Virus record (IMG/VR): IMGVR_UViG_3300012347_000446
Coordinates: 1-55,869 of that record
DNA length: 55,869 nt
Strand: one strand, 5' to 3'
From: a virus
Lineage: Duplodnaviria; Caudoviricetes
The notes beneath the pieces were generated by a model. That model searched no databases. It saw nothing but the letters and a program-made list of their open reading frames with translations, and was not told where the DNA came from. Shown piece after piece: positions 46,118 through 55,869 of this stretch; the first letter of the stretch is position 1; every line of letters starts with the position of its first letter. Made by a program: the position numbers and the translations under genes.

Positions 46118-48085
46118 TTATTTAATTGGGCAAGCGCCGGTTGCACACTCGGCATCGGTAATTTCGTCAAACGAGTTGGTGTTGTTAAGATCAACTGGAG
46201 TTAATACACTAACATACTCGTGGTAGTCTTGTTCACTTACAACTTCTTGTGGAAGGTATAAGTAGCCCAAGTCTTTGGCTGTTTTGGTAGGGTCAGTGCG
46301 GTAGATAAAACTCACACCAACATAGCAATCCCAGTTGTCTAACAACCAGTCAATGATTGCTGATACTTCAGTTGGGTCATAGCTAATAGTAACTGATGTG
46401 TTCTGCTGATTCCAAGATGTTTGTAGGAGCTTATAACGCTCAAGCTGCACTACTGCTGACTCAAGGTTAACTTCCTTACCCTCAACCTCATCAAACTGCA
46501 CACCGTCCCACATTACAGGGAATGTTACCAGCACACCACTATCATCCACAGGATGATTAAACACACGGTAGTTTGCACTACGTAGCTTTTCTACTACTGG
46601 ATCGTGCTTGGAGAACTGAACATTGTTGAAAATGTACTTGCCCAGGGGCTTGTGTACGCCTTCAGTGGTGTCCATGATCTTTGATAGTGTACCTGACGGC
46701 TTAACGCAAGTTACGTTTTTAGGAGCAGGCAATCCTAGTTCCAAGCTCATACCAACAGCAGCTGACGTAGCGGTACGCTTTAAGTATTCGTAGTCATAGC
46801 TGCCCATGTCTGGACGCATTGCAATACCTGTTAAGCCTACACCGCAAAGTCGTAGGAAATAGTTGTTAAGATGCCAAGATTCCTGAAGAATGCCGTCCTG
46901 TAAGTTAACGCAGGTTTGTCGGTAGTTGGCACGAGCTGCCAGTCGAATAGCGTTGTGCAAACCGGCAGTGTCGCCTTTGAACTTGGCAATGTCAGTTTCG
47001 GTAAGGTTACAGAAAGCCTTGTTACCGAGTAAGATTTCAACGCATGGATTGGCTCCCTTAAACCATGGAGCGCGTCGGAGTGCTTCGACTTCATTGATAA
47101 ATCCTGGTTCACTACCACCAGCTTTGATCATCATGGTAAAGATTTTTTCCAAATCTGATTTAAGCGGCTTCTTTTTAAACACTAAACTGTTGTTTGACTG
47201 TGTGCGGTGTGCGTTGTTGTGCAACCACCAGTCTTTTTTGGCTACTGCAAATTCTTCCCATTCCGGCTGGTCATAGTCAAAAAGAGCAATTTCAGCACTT
47301 CTGCGGCTAGACAAAATAGTTCCCAGATGATTAACAATATCCAGAATATCCATGCGAGTAAGCAAACTATCAGCACGACCATTAAGAATATTGGCAATAG
47401 CAGTATACGCAGTACTAATAGCTGCATCGCCAGAGCTGATCCAACCATAGCCTTTTAGCCTTTCACCAGCAGGTCGTAGTTGGCTAAAATCAAGTACGAG
47501 AGTATCAGCAGGGTACTTACCCGCAAGCAACTTGCCAATAGACTTTGCCCAAGCTTCTGCGCTGTCTCCGACCTGAATTGTCCAAGTCTTGGTTTCTGCA
47601 TCCCACTTTTCAACGTTTTCTTCACAACCGCCTTTTTCAGTACGTGTTGAGCGTACTACTCGAATATTTTTGATTGGTTTTGAGAACCCGTTAAGAGTAC
47701 CCACAATTGGCTTAAAGCCAACGCCACAACCTTGTAGCAGTAACCATAAGACGTCAACAACGTCATAAATTGTTTCAACGTGTGTGAAACTGCAATTAAA
47801 CTGTGAAGCTTCACGAGTTTTGGCTACGTTAGTGCCACCAAGCCAAAGTGTACGACCACTCATTAGTACTTTGCGATCTAGCATTAGCTGCTCAAGATCG
47901 TATAGTTCTGCGTATTCAACGTCGTTGAGATCGCGATTGACTGCTCGTTCCCACAACCATTGTTGGTGGTCGATTACTCTGGCAACTGTTTCTGCCCATG
48001 TTTCAAATTCTTTTCCGTCGTCTGAGGTGGGACGATTGTATGTACGACGTGTAATTACTTGCGCTCGTGTTGATGGTGTGTTCAT
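46118..48085 (-). CDS. nrdJ: Class II (adenosylcobalamin-dependent) ribonucleotide reductase, monomeric type
   Basis: RTYNR, SGRTLW, FNCS, GCGVGF, NPCVEI, CNLTE, VKPSGT, C-terminal CATGACP; no beta subunit nearby. Confidence 0.9.
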   Translation of the reverse strand: MNTPSTRAQVITRRTYNRPTSDDGKEFETWAETVARVIDHQQWLWERAVNRDLNDVEYAELYDLEQLMLDRKVLMSGRTLWLGGTNVAKTREASQFNCSFTHVETIYDVVDVLWLLLQGCGVGFKPIVGTLNGFSKPIKNIRVVRSTRTEKGGCEENVEKWDAETKTWTIQVGDSAEAWAKSIGKLLAGKYPADTLVLDFSQLRPAGERLKGYGWISSGDAAISTAYTAIANILNGRADSLLTRMDILDIVNHLGTILSSRRSAEIALFDYDQPEWEEFAVAKKDWWLHNNAHRTQSNNSLVFKKKPLKSDLEKIFTMMIKAGGSEPGFINEVEALRRAPWFKGANPCVEILLGNKAFCNLTETDIAKFKGDTAGLHNAIRLAARANYRQTCVNLQDGILQESWHLNNYFLRLCGVGLTGIAMRPDMGSYDYEYLKRTATSAAVGMSLELGLPAPKNVTCVKPSGTLSKIMDTTEGVHKPLGKYIFNNVQFSKHDPVVEKLRSANYRVFNHPVDDSGVLVTFPVMWDGVQFDEVEGKEVNLESAVVQLERYKLLQTSWNQQNTSVTISYDPTEVSAIIDWLLDNWDCYVGVSFIYRTDPTKTAKDLGYLYLPQEVVSEQDYHEYVSVLTPVDLNNTNSFDEITDAECATGACPIK

Positions 48086-48339
48086 TTATTTCCTTTGTAA
48101 AGTTCTTCTTGTAGTAAGTAGCCTTCTAGTTGCCAAATACTGTTAATTGCATTCTCTTTGCTGATCTTGCGGCCAATTTCTTCGTTGAAATTCTCTTTGC
48201 TTACCACAGCAGCCTCGCCACGAACGGAAAATCCGTTTTCTAATATTAACTCACACACCAACACTTTACCGCTGGGCAGGGTAGTATATGTTTCACTTAC
48301 TATCTTGCCAAGGATTCTATCCAGGGTTACCTTGTTCAT
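48082..48339 (-). CDS. Phage Gp49-family (N4 gp49/Sf6 gp66-like) protein
   Basis: LENGFSVRGEAAVVSKENFNEEIG...IWQLEGYLL. Confidence 0.8.
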   Translation of the reverse strand: MNKVTLDRILGKIVSETYTTLPSGKVLVCELILENGFSVRGEAAVVSKENFNEEIGRKISKENAINSIWQLEGYLLQEELYKGNK

Positions 48340-48347
48340 CTATTTCC

Positions 48348-48542
48348 TTAGTTTCTGCAATATGGCAGCGATACAATTCGTACGCCACCGTCAGGTTGTT
48401 TTTGTTGTTGGGCTAGTTTTTCACTTAGTTGCAGGCAAGCATGGTATGCTTTGCGATTTTCGTTAGCGTTATATTGCAAACTACTTACTAATATAACTAC
48501 TACGATTACTAGGGCTGATAATATGTACTTTAATTCTTGCAT
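48348..48542 (-). CDS. Small membrane protein
   Basis: Probable start MQELKYIL just after the dut stop; single TM helix; two Cys. Confidence 0.6.
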   Translation of the reverse strand: MQELKYILSALVIVVVILVSSLQYNANENRKAYHACLQLSEKLAQQQKQPDGGVRIVSLPYCRN

Positions 48543-48543
48543 T

Positions 48544-49008
48544 TTATTGTCCGGTACTGCCGAAACCGCCAGTACCACGTTGTGTGTCATTCCATGCGTC
48601 GTAAAATGTTGGAAGCTCTACGCGCTGAACCACAAGCTGTGCGATTCGGTCTCCAGCCTCAATTACATACGGATCTTCGGAAATATTTTTTAGCAAAACT
48701 TTTAAATTTCCACGATAGTCAGCATCTATTACGCCAACACTATGAGGGATTGTAATCCCACGTTTCCCTTGCGAACTCCTGTTGAAAATAAAGCCCGCAA
48801 ACCCTCGTGGAATTTTAACCGCTACTCCTGTATCAACAAGTTTTTGTTCGCCGGGATAAATTTCACAGCCCTCACGTGCAAACAAATCTGCTCCGGCATC
48901 ACTGGCGTGTGCACGTTCTGGGAGTTTAGCGCCGGGTTCAACTTTGCAAGCGATTGTGGGTTCTGTGGTACTGCTGATGGTGTGGCTAAATAAGTATTGA
49001 TTGCTCAT
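48544..49008 (-). CDS. dut: dUTPase
   Basis: AGADL, RSS, GVIDADYRG, RIAQL, RGTGGFGSTG. Confidence 0.95.
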   Translation of the reverse strand: MSNQYLFSHTISSTTEPTIACKVEPGAKLPERAHASDAGADLFAREGCEIYPGEQKLVDTGVAVKIPRGFAGFIFNRSSQGKRGITIPHSVGVIDADYRGNLKVLLKNISEDPYVIEAGDRIAQLVVQRVELPTFYDAWNDTQRGTGGFGSTGQ

Positions 49009-49850
49009 TGTGTATAAAGTTCTAGGGTTTGGTCAATTGTTTTACAGTTATCAGCTCCAATGGCTTCGGCACAGTAAGTAACCAAGTCCATTAACTGATA
49101 GTTTAGCAGTAATAAGTCTTTGCACTTATTTAACTCTTGAATATATTTGTATTTGCCTGCAATTGGAATGTTTGCAGCAATATCGTAACAGCTGCCATAT
49201 TCACTAACCAAGGCAACAGCTCGTTTTGGCCCAATGCCAGGCACACCAAGTACATTGTCGCCGCTATCGCCCATAAGGCACTTAATTGAGATATAATCTT
49301 CGGGACTAAAGTCATAGTGGTTGTTCCAGTTATTGATGGTTACTTCTTTGCGGGTTACATAGCTAAAGCGACTAACGCCTTCACCAACCAACAGGTCCCA
49401 GTCTCGGTCTGAAGACATTAGCCAGATTTCATCAAAAGGCAATTTTGATTTTTGGTTGACAATGTAGGCCGCAATGTCGTCAGCCTCAACACCAGGAAAG
49501 CGCAGCACAGGGTAGTCTGTGTTTTCAGCAATGTGCTCAAGAGTTTTGGTAAAGTCCTCAAAGAAAAGCTCAAAAGCAGCGCGTTCAGCGTCTGTTTGTT
49601 CAGCAAACTTGTCTTTGCGGTTTTGCTTGTATTCTGGACTTAAGGCTTTGCGATAGCTGCTGGAACCTTGATCGCCTGCGATAATTACATGCGATGCTTT
49701 ATAAGATTTTTTCAGACTGTTAACTGTGCGAAGGTAGTCTTCTGCAAAATCAGTAGCACCACTGTGCTTATAGCGAAAAGCCAAGTTAAGCGAATCTACA
49801 ATAAGCAATGTATTGGTTGATTCGGTGGCTTGTTTGAATGTTTTACTCAT
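49005..49850 (-). CDS. 5'-3' exonuclease / flap endonuclease (T5 D15-like)
   Basis: VDSLNLAFR, YKQNR, GVEADD, SDRDW, GDSGDNVLGVPGIGPKRA. Confidence 0.92.
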   Translation of the reverse strand: MSKTFKQATESTNTLLIVDSLNLAFRYKHSGATDFAEDYLRTVNSLKKSYKASHVIIAGDQGSSSYRKALSPEYKQNRKDKFAEQTDAERAAFELFFEDFTKTLEHIAENTDYPVLRFPGVEADDIAAYIVNQKSKLPFDEIWLMSSDRDWDLLVGEGVSRFSYVTRKEVTINNWNNHYDFSPEDYISIKCLMGDSGDNVLGVPGIGPKRAVALVSEYGSCYDIAANIPIAGKYKYIQELNKCKDLLLLNYQLMDLVTYCAEAIGADNCKTIDQTLELYTQ

Positions 49851-49876
49851 TGTGTATTCTTTGTGTTTAAGTAGAT

Positions 49877-49905
49877 ATTATACGCTGAATAAGCGTCACA
49901 GTCAA
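49877..49905 (-). promoter_or_regulatory. Promoter for the D15-dut-nrdJ operon
   Basis: TTGACT-17-TATAAT. Confidence 0.75.
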
Positions 49906-50360
49906 GTGACAAATTCTGGTTGCTCATGCTTTAACCAATCTTCTAACAGCGCCACATAAAATTCATGAGTTTCGTGGTAGTAATAAATCCAACGGTAGCC
50001 TTGAGCGCAAGGCATATCTTCAAAAGCCACAAAAACTTTGCTGCGATCAAATTTAAATATTAACAGTGGTTTTTTACCTACTTGCGTACCTTGACGTACA
50101 CTTTGTTCCCAAAATTCCACAAGCTGTGGGTTTTTTGAAGTTAACAGGTGTGAGGTAAGGTGATCTTCTGCATAACCTTTTACTTCTGTGCAGTATAGGT
50201 TAGTTCGCCCAGGCACGTACAAGTCGCCTTTTAGCAAATGTTTAGGGTCTAGGGCACCACTTCCAGGAACTCTTTCCCACCCTAAACCGGTGTGTTTACG
50301 CAAAAGGTCACGCACTGTGGTTTCAGTACGTGCACCTTTTGCTCTAGCGTCTACGACCAT
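49902..50360 (-). CDS. T5 D14-like PD-(D/E)xK nuclease / Holliday junction resolvase
   Basis: KGARTE, RVPGSGA, GD...EVK, WEQ, PLLIFK. Confidence 0.8.
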   Translation of the reverse strand: MVVDARAKGARTETTVRDLLRKHTGLGWERVPGSGALDPKHLLKGDLYVPGRTNLYCTEVKGYAEDHLTSHLLTSKNPQLVEFWEQSVRQGTQVGKKPLLIFKFDRSKVFVAFEDMPCAQGYRWIYYYHETHEFYVALLEDWLKHEQPEFVT

Positions 50361-50656
50361 TACTCTGCCTGCGTAACTTTACTTGCAGGCTCCACACTTG
50401 GCTTGGCAGCCTTACTAGCGGGTTTAATGATTGTGGGCTTGGCTGGCTTAGTTGCTGGTGGGACTGGAGCTGGCTTTGCGTGAAATACAAGCTCTTTTAC
50501 CTCCAGTTCATCCACTGAGTAAACAATACTTCCGTCAGTTGCCTCAATTGTAGCTAGCTCAGCTTCTGTTACTGTCATACCCAAGGTAATGGGTTGGCGC
50601 ACATCATTGCGTAAGATAGTAGGCTTTTCTGCTGTAATTCGTTCGATTTTAATCAT
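50360..50656 (-). CDS. Hypothetical protein with Pro/Lys/Ala-rich tail
   Basis: Coupled ORF between the D13- and D14-like genes. Confidence 0.7.
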   Translation of the reverse strand: MIKIERITAEKPTILRNDVRQPITLGMTVTEAELATIEATDGSIVYSVDELEVKELVFHAKPAPVPPATKPAKPTIIKPASKAAKPSVEPASKVTQAE

Positions 50657-50658
50657 GT

Positions 50659-52497
50659 TTATACCTCTATTTGGGATATGTTATTGTGTTTTACCACATT
50701 TACCTTTTCTAGTAGTGGATGGGTAAACCCATGCGATATTAGAAAGGTGTTTAAATGTTCCTCTTGCAGCAAGACTTCTACTAGCTTTTCTTTGCCATCT
50801 GTGTCCAAGGATTCAACTGTTTCGTCTAGGATCAGTAGGTTAACTCTGCTTGAACTTAAGGTCTGCATTAGTTTACGAATAGCTAACAATGTAGCTACGT
50901 TTACTCTGGCCCGTTCACCACCACTTAGTGCAAGCATTTCAATATCTCGACCATTGTCAGTGATAACAACATTTAGTTTATCACTTGCCGAAATTTTAAA
51001 ACTAATCTGAAAACGACCATCACTTAAGTCTACCAAGTAACCGTTAGTAATTTCTTCTAGGTCTTTTACCAAACATTCAATCTTATAGGCCACTAAACCT
51101 GTAGTAGAGAATGTTTTAGTTAAGATATTAACGGTACTCATTCGCTCTGATAGTTCATGAAGCTTTTGACTATAAACTTCAAGCTCTTCTGACATTTCTG
51201 CTAGTTGGCGACTAACAGTTTCTACTTTTGAGTTATGAGCATTAACCTGCTGATTGGTTTTTTCAGCAGTTTGAATTTTTGTTCGGGTAGAATTTATACT
51301 ATCTGTTAAAGCGTCCAACTGCGACTGTAAACTATCTTTATCTAGTATAACTTCTGGTAAGTCTGCGTCAATAAGTTGATGGTACTTTTCCCACTCGTCT
51401 TGAGACTTTTGGGCTGATTCCCAAGCATTGCGTTTATTTAGGTAGGTTTTATACTCTGTGTTAAGCTCTAGCGTCCTTGACTGCAACAGCTTGATCTTAG
51501 ATTCAGCTGTTGATTTTATGTCAGATTGCTCGGCTACTAACTCTGCAATTTTGTGTGTATCAATAGGCTGCAAACACGTAGGACAAGTACCGCTTAGTTT
51601 AGCTATTTTTTGTACAAAAGCTTCTGAGTCTTTGACTGTTTTTTGCAGCTCAATTGTTTGAGTATTAAGCTGTTTTGCTTCTGCTTGTGCTGGTGCAATG
51701 TCGTCTTGAGGCTTTTCTGGCACTGGCAGCAAGCTGATTTTTGCTTGTAGCTGTTTGTAAGTATTGTTTTGACTGATCTTTTTGTTTGTTGCAGCCACTG
51801 TTTGAATAGCTACCTCAAGTTTAGCACTTTGTTGCAATAGTTCAGCGTCTAGTTCTGGCACTGGCACCAATGGCTTAGTGCTAAGATCAGTATTAGAATA
51901 CTTGTTTAGCCAGGCTACTACAGTATTTACTTGTGCTTGGGTGGAGGCAATATCTTTGCTGAGTTCTTGCTGAGTTTCCTTAAAAACTTCTTGTGCCTGT
52001 GTGTACTTGCCTAAATTTAAAATCTCAATAAGAAACTTTTTACGAGCAGTATCAGGTGCAGTTAAAAACTCTAGACTGGAAGCATTGGATTGGTAAACAA
52101 TTTGACTAAAAGTTTTATGGTCAATGCCAATTAATTCTTCAATTATTTTATAAGTGCCAGTAGAAGTATGTGCACTTATATCTAAACCGTTTTTGTATAG
52201 TTTAACAGTTTGCGTGCTGCCACGGCGTGTTTCAATCTTGTACTCTGTGCCGTCTCTGTCAAATACTAGCTCAATAGAGTAGCTTTTATCTTTAACATAA
52301 CGGTTAAGAATATCTGCTTTCTTAATTGACTTGGAGTTTTTGTTAAACAAAACCTCTTCTAACACAAGTGCAATTGAGCTTTTACCGTGGCCATTCTTAC
52401 CCACAAGCTGAGTAAGTGGGGAAGCCACAAAGTCAATAAAGTTATCTGGGCCGTAACTAAAAGCATTAGACCAGGCTAGTGTTTTTATTGTTATCAT
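50659..52497 (-). CDS. SbcC/Rad50-like ATPase (T5 D13-like)
   Basis: GKNGHGKS, CPTC zinc hook, LSGGE signature, LILDE, ISH. Confidence 0.92.
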   Translation of the reverse strand: MITIKTLAWSNAFSYGPDNFIDFVASPLTQLVGKNGHGKSSIALVLEEVLFNKNSKSIKKADILNRYVKDKSYSIELVFDRDGTEYKIETRRGSTQTVKLYKNGLDISAHTSTGTYKIIEELIGIDHKTFSQIVYQSNASSLEFLTAPDTARKKFLIEILNLGKYTQAQEVFKETQQELSKDIASTQAQVNTVVAWLNKYSNTDLSTKPLVPVPELDAELLQQSAKLEVAIQTVAATNKKISQNNTYKQLQAKISLLPVPEKPQDDIAPAQAEAKQLNTQTIELQKTVKDSEAFVQKIAKLSGTCPTCLQPIDTHKIAELVAEQSDIKSTAESKIKLLQSRTLELNTEYKTYLNKRNAWESAQKSQDEWEKYHQLIDADLPEVILDKDSLQSQLDALTDSINSTRTKIQTAEKTNQQVNAHNSKVETVSRQLAEMSEELEVYSQKLHELSERMSTVNILTKTFSTTGLVAYKIECLVKDLEEITNGYLVDLSDGRFQISFKISASDKLNVVITDNGRDIEMLALSGGERARVNVATLLAIRKLMQTLSSSRVNLLILDETVESLDTDGKEKLVEVLLQEEHLNTFLISHGFTHPLLEKVNVVKHNNISQIEV

Positions 52498-52741
52498 TTG
52501 CTAGTTTTTGCTTTAATTCTTGTAAACCGCCAACGTACTCACCATTTACAAAAATTTGTGGTACGCTGCGGGCGTGTGGTACAACATCAATTAAGTCTTT
52601 TTTGGTAACATCCACACCAAGCATTTTTACTTGATAAGGAATAGCCTTGGAGTCCAGTAATCGTTTTGCTTCAGTGCATGCTGGGCAATTTGTTTGTGAC
52701 CAAACAACTGCAAATGGGCGTTCATGTAAGTTTGTCTGCAT
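52466..52741 (-). CDS. Glutaredoxin
   Basis: CPAC active site; SVPQIFVNGEYVGG. Confidence 0.9.
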   Translation of the reverse strand: MQTNLHERPFAVVWSQTNCPACTEAKRLLDSKAIPYQVKMLGVDVTKKDLIDVVPHARSVPQIFVNGEYVGGLQELKQKLANDNNKNTSLV

Positions 52742-53687
52742 GGTCTTGTAATTCTTTTAAAACTTTATCTACGGTAGCTTCTGGCAGCTCTAAGATATAG
52801 GTTATGTACTCGCGTACTTCTTGATCTAGTGACATTTCAGGCTCCAAGATCAGGGCGGAATCTGTGTCGCGCTTGAGAACTTTTGAGGAGATCAGCTCAC
52901 TATCAGCTAATTCTCCAAGTTCTTGCATATCGCCTTGCACTTCATAGATTGTGTGATCAAAGTCGGTGGCATTGGCGGAGGTGGAGGCCTCTTCGGCAGT
53001 GATTGTTTTCTTGATGAGCTGCGGCAAGTTGAATCTGCGCCACTCATGACCAAGAGTATCAGCATCAAGTAGTATAGCACCAGTATCCACGCGTTGACGG
53101 TGAAAGCTAGTAGTATAAGGGCTGCCTGGATACAATATATTACGTTGTGAATTTTCATAACTGTGTAAGTCACCGGCTAAAACAATTTGCCAGCGGCTAA
53201 AAATATCCAAGTCAACTTCGGGTTTTACGTGTGGTGGAATCTCGCCACGAACGTGTGTGCAAAGAATTCGGCCACCAAACTCTCTGCCGGACTTTTCAAA
53301 GTCTTTGAGTTTGTTGTAGGGAATAATGTCTAGATCAAACCCACAATTTTCGTAGTAGTCATCAACAACAGTTACCAGTGGGTTTAGGCGATGTGTGGAC
53401 TTTTTTAGGTTACTTAAAAAGGTTGTTTCTTTTTTAAGTGCTTCGTGGTTGCCTGGATAGATAATTGTGGGTTTGTGAAAGCTTTCAACAAAGTCAAAGT
53501 AGAGCTCAACTTCGTCCATTGTTGGCAATCGGTCAAACACGTCGCCACCTACAATTACCAAGTCTGCGGACTTTTGCATTTCTGCAAACTGTTCACAAAA
53601 CATTTTAAAGCGATTACGCGCCCAGGGTACTGGAACATTCTTTTGACCCAGTTTGATGTGCACGTCAGCAGTGAATAATATCTTCAT
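52722..53687 (-). CDS. SbcD/Mre11-like metallophosphoesterase nuclease (T5 D12-like)
   Basis: ADVH, GGDVFD, PGNHE, GDLH motifs. Confidence 0.92.
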   Translation of the reverse strand: MKILFTADVHIKLGQKNVPVPWARNRFKMFCEQFAEMQKSADLVIVGGDVFDRLPTMDEVELYFDFVESFHKPTIIYPGNHEALKKETTFLSNLKKSTHRLNPLVTVVDDYYENCGFDLDIIPYNKLKDFEKSGREFGGRILCTHVRGEIPPHVKPEVDLDIFSRWQIVLAGDLHSYENSQRNILYPGSPYTTSFHRQRVDTGAILLDADTLGHEWRRFNLPQLIKKTITAEEASTSANATDFDHTIYEVQGDMQELGELADSELISSKVLKRDTDSALILEPEMSLDQEVREYITYILELPEATVDKVLKELQDHADKLT

Positions 53688-53698
53688 ATTTATTAGAC

Positions 53699-53734
53699 AA
53701 AATAGCCCGCAAGCTTTTTAGGATTGCGGGCTAT
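53699..53734 (-). terminator. Terminator after the D11-like gene
   Basis: ATAGCCCGCAA/TTGCGGGCTAT stem plus T4 on the minus strand. Confidence 0.7.
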
Positions 53735-53742
53735 GTGTTAGA

Positions 53743-54384
53743 TTAACCTAATTCTTTGACAGCTTCTTGTGCAGCAGCATCACCACTGTCTGCGTCATCA
53801 GTATTGCTTGTGATCTTTTCCAGTGTAGCCAAAACTTCGGCTTCGGTTGGACGTGGGTACTTTTCATCAATGCTTTTAGCAGCATCAGCCGCTTCACGCT
53901 CTGCGTCACTTAGCTTGCGTGGCTTGCAACGTAGTACTGACAAGTCGTAGCTGACGTTAAAGGCTACAGGTCCTGTTTTGGTACGCTTGAAAACCACATC
54001 CCAGCCAGTGTCGTAATCGGTTGGGTCACCCAAATCTTCTGCGGCAGAAACAATCTGCTCAAACAGTTTCTTTTTCAAGTTCAGTGCTTTGACTTTGCCG
54101 TCTTTTGGATCAATACAGTTAACAGTATAAGACCAGCTGCACTTCAATTCTGGGAAGAAAGTTGGAACGTGGTCTTTTTCCACATTGTCAAACTTTTCCT
54201 TGTCGCGGCTAAAAGCCAAGCACTCAACTGGAATGTCTTTGTTGTTAGCGCCTTTAAGCCAGTAGATGTAACGGGGTAGTACGCCGCCAATCAATCGCAC
54301 GGTGTTTTCGCCGTCTTTGTACTCATAAGCCTCAACTTTGTTTGAGATTGCTTTGCCTTTGGTGTTTTTAAATGAAATTGCCAT
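53743..54384 (-). CDS. T5 D11-like ssDNA-binding protein
   Basis: VLPRYIYW, LKKKLFEQI, DPTD, KTGP, acidic tail; synteny. Confidence 0.7.
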   Translation of the reverse strand: MAISFKNTKGKAISNKVEAYEYKDGENTVRLIGGVLPRYIYWLKGANNKDIPVECLAFSRDKEKFDNVEKDHVPTFFPELKCSWSYTVNCIDPKDGKVKALNLKKKLFEQIVSAAEDLGDPTDYDTGWDVVFKRTKTGPVAFNVSYDLSVLRCKPRKLSDAEREAADAAKSIDEKYPRPTEAEVLATLEKITSNTDDADSGDAAAQEAVKELG

Positions 54385-54386
54385 AA

Positions 54387-54764
54387 TTAAGTGTTTTCGT
54401 ATTTAAAGTAAATTTTGTTTTGTTGTATGTTGAGCAGTGGATTGTGTTTAATTGCGTCTAGGTCAATGTCCTTGTAATAACTTAAGTCTAGGTAGGTTAC
54501 ACGATAAAGTTTATATAAGCTATAGTCACGCCTTCCTGCAAGTCTTATATATTGCGTTTTGTATGCAATATCTGATGAGTCGGAAAAAAGTGAGGCGGCA
54601 TCTAAAAGGAAACTGTGTCCGACTAGGCTTCGAGTAAGTACTCGGTCGCGGCGGTTTTTCGGTATTAGCTTTCCGGTGAAATGCCTCTCAAGCATTGATA
54701 ACATTAATTTAGGGTCGCAGTTAGTTTCCGTTTCCAGTAGATCAAGGTTGAAAAATAAAGCCAT
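54387..54764 (-). CDS. Conserved T5-like hypothetical protein
   Basis: Between the D10- and D11-like genes; own promoter. Confidence 0.65.
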   Translation of the reverse strand: MALFFNLDLLETETNCDPKLMLSMLERHFTGKLIPKNRRDRVLTRSLVGHSFLLDAASLFSDSSDIAYKTQYIRLAGRRDYSLYKLYRVTYLDLSYYKDIDLDAIKHNPLLNIQQNKIYFKYENT

Positions 54765-54784
54765 AATGGTTGAATTCAGACTAT

Positions 54785-54813
54785 ATTATAGCATAATGAC
54801 CAATCTACAGCAA
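54785..54813 (-). promoter_or_regulatory. Promoter
   Basis: TTGCTG-17-TGcTATAAT. Confidence 0.7.
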
Positions 54814-54825
54814 GTGTAAATTTTA

Positions 54826-55869
54826 TCATGCCGTTATTACCTGCCAGCCTTTACGTAAGTAAAGCGATAACCTGTCATTGTTTTGCTTCTTGTCAGCAAA
54901 CCCAGCAAAGTTAATATCCACAACTAGTGGATCTAGCTTACCTTCATGCAGTCGCTGAACTCGACCCACAATCTGCTCAAGTAAACTATCGTTGCTCATT
55001 GGAGCAGCTAGGATAACACAACTGAGGGTGTTAATAGATATGCCCTCTGAAAAGATTTGTCGCGACCCACAAATGGCCCGCTTGTTGCCGTTGAGAACTT
55101 CTTGCTTGATGTGCTGTCGTTCTTGATATTCTGTGTCGCCTGTAACAACCGCGCAATCTTCACCAATGTATTCCTTTACTTTGTGTAAAAACTCCACTCT
55201 GTCTGCTATTACTAGCACACTGTGGCCCTCTTGCATGTGCATTAATGCTATACCAGCAATAAACTGCCGGTACTTTTCCGACTCCAACAACTCAGTAACT
55301 TTTTCAACCCAAGGTACTCCAGGTTTTAGTGTAATTCCTGACCGAACAATGTGCACCGTTGGTGTTAGGGTGTTTGACTGTGGTGGTTTGTAAACCAGTG
55401 GACCAAAATAGTCACCGAATAAAATGTGTTTGCCGTCTTTGCGAATCATTGTGCCACTCAGGGCGATTCGGTAGCGTGCGTGAAAAACGTCCACTGTTTG
55501 TGCAAATGTAGTGGCAGGACAGTGGTGGGCTTCATCAAGGATAATAGTCCCGAACTCTTTAGCAAGTTGGTCGCTGCATTTTGCCAGGGTTTGTATATTT
55601 GAAACTGTGATGAAATGGTCTTCGTAGTCCATTCGTCCACCACCAATAACTCCGGGTTGTATCCCGAATAGGACTTCGACTTCTTCACACCACTGGTCTC
55701 TGAGTGCGGCGGTGTGGGTAATAACAAGAGTTTTTTGTCCGAACTTGTGAGCAAGGTGTAAGGCTGTAAAAGTCTTTCCCCATCCCACAAGGGCATTGAT
55801 AAAGCACGTGTCGTCGATTGGGTCATAAACCACTTGTTGTTCGGGTCGTAAACCAAATTTAGGCGTTGG
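54826..55869 (-). CDS. SF2 DNA helicase (T5 D10-like), 5'-truncated by the window end
   Basis: GWGKT, DEAHH, SGT, EGIS, QIVGRVQR; frame open to the window edge (LRPEQQ Q-motif). Confidence 0.9.
   Translation of the reverse strand, partial: PTPKFGLRPEQQVVYDPIDDTCFINALVGWGKTFTALHLAHKFGQKTLVITHTAALRDQWCEEVEVLFGIQPGVIGGGRMDYEDHFITVSNIQTLAKCSDQLAKEFGTIILDEAHHCPATTFAQTVDVFHARYRIALSGTMIRKDGKHILFGDYFGPLVYKPPQSNTLTPTVHIVRSGITLKPGVPWVEKVTELLESEKYRQFIAGIALMHMQEGHSVLVIADRVEFLHKVKEYIGEDCAVVTGDTEYQERQHIKQEVLNGNKRAICGSRQIFSEGISINTLSCVILAAPMSNDSLLEQIVGRVQRLHEGKLDPLVVDINFAGFADKKQNNDRLSLYLRKGWQVITA

Noticed and set aside
3447-48085. Introns or inteins in terL, capsid or nrdJ
   Set aside because: ORFs are continuous and of ordinary length, with no intein splice motifs or LAGLIDADG inserts
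1-55869. tRNA genes, integrase/prophage signals, alternative genetic code, T5-type nick-site consensus
   Set aside because: No cloverleaf or integrase seen; standard code gives dense full-length ORFs; nick sites cannot be established by eye and need a motif scan plus denaturing gel or strand-break mapping

Overview
A 55.9-kb segment of a lytic T5-like (Demerecviridae-type) siphophage genome. 1-2.7 kb: minus-strand pre-early region with Dmp- and A2-like genes, a SprT-like protease, small ORFs and repeated promoter/palindrome cassettes. 3.0-43.6 kb (+ strand): TerS, TerL, an antisense GIY-YIG gene, an HNH nuclease, portal, a fused prohead protease-major capsid ORF with an internal start, neck and tail genes with a -1 frameshift chaperone pair, a 2241-aa tape measure, a non-T5 tail-tip module, about 20 kb of fibre/adaptor genes, holin-like and lysozyme genes, and phoH. 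43.6-55.9 kb (- strand): an accessory module (Gly/Gln/Asn-rich coiled-coil protein, collagen-like protein, Dps), B12-dependent class II RNR, dUTPase and T5 D15-D10-like replication/recombination genes. No tRNA, CRISPR array, integrase or reverse transcriptase was seen. All family assignments come from motif recognition and recalled T5 synteny, not from database searches.
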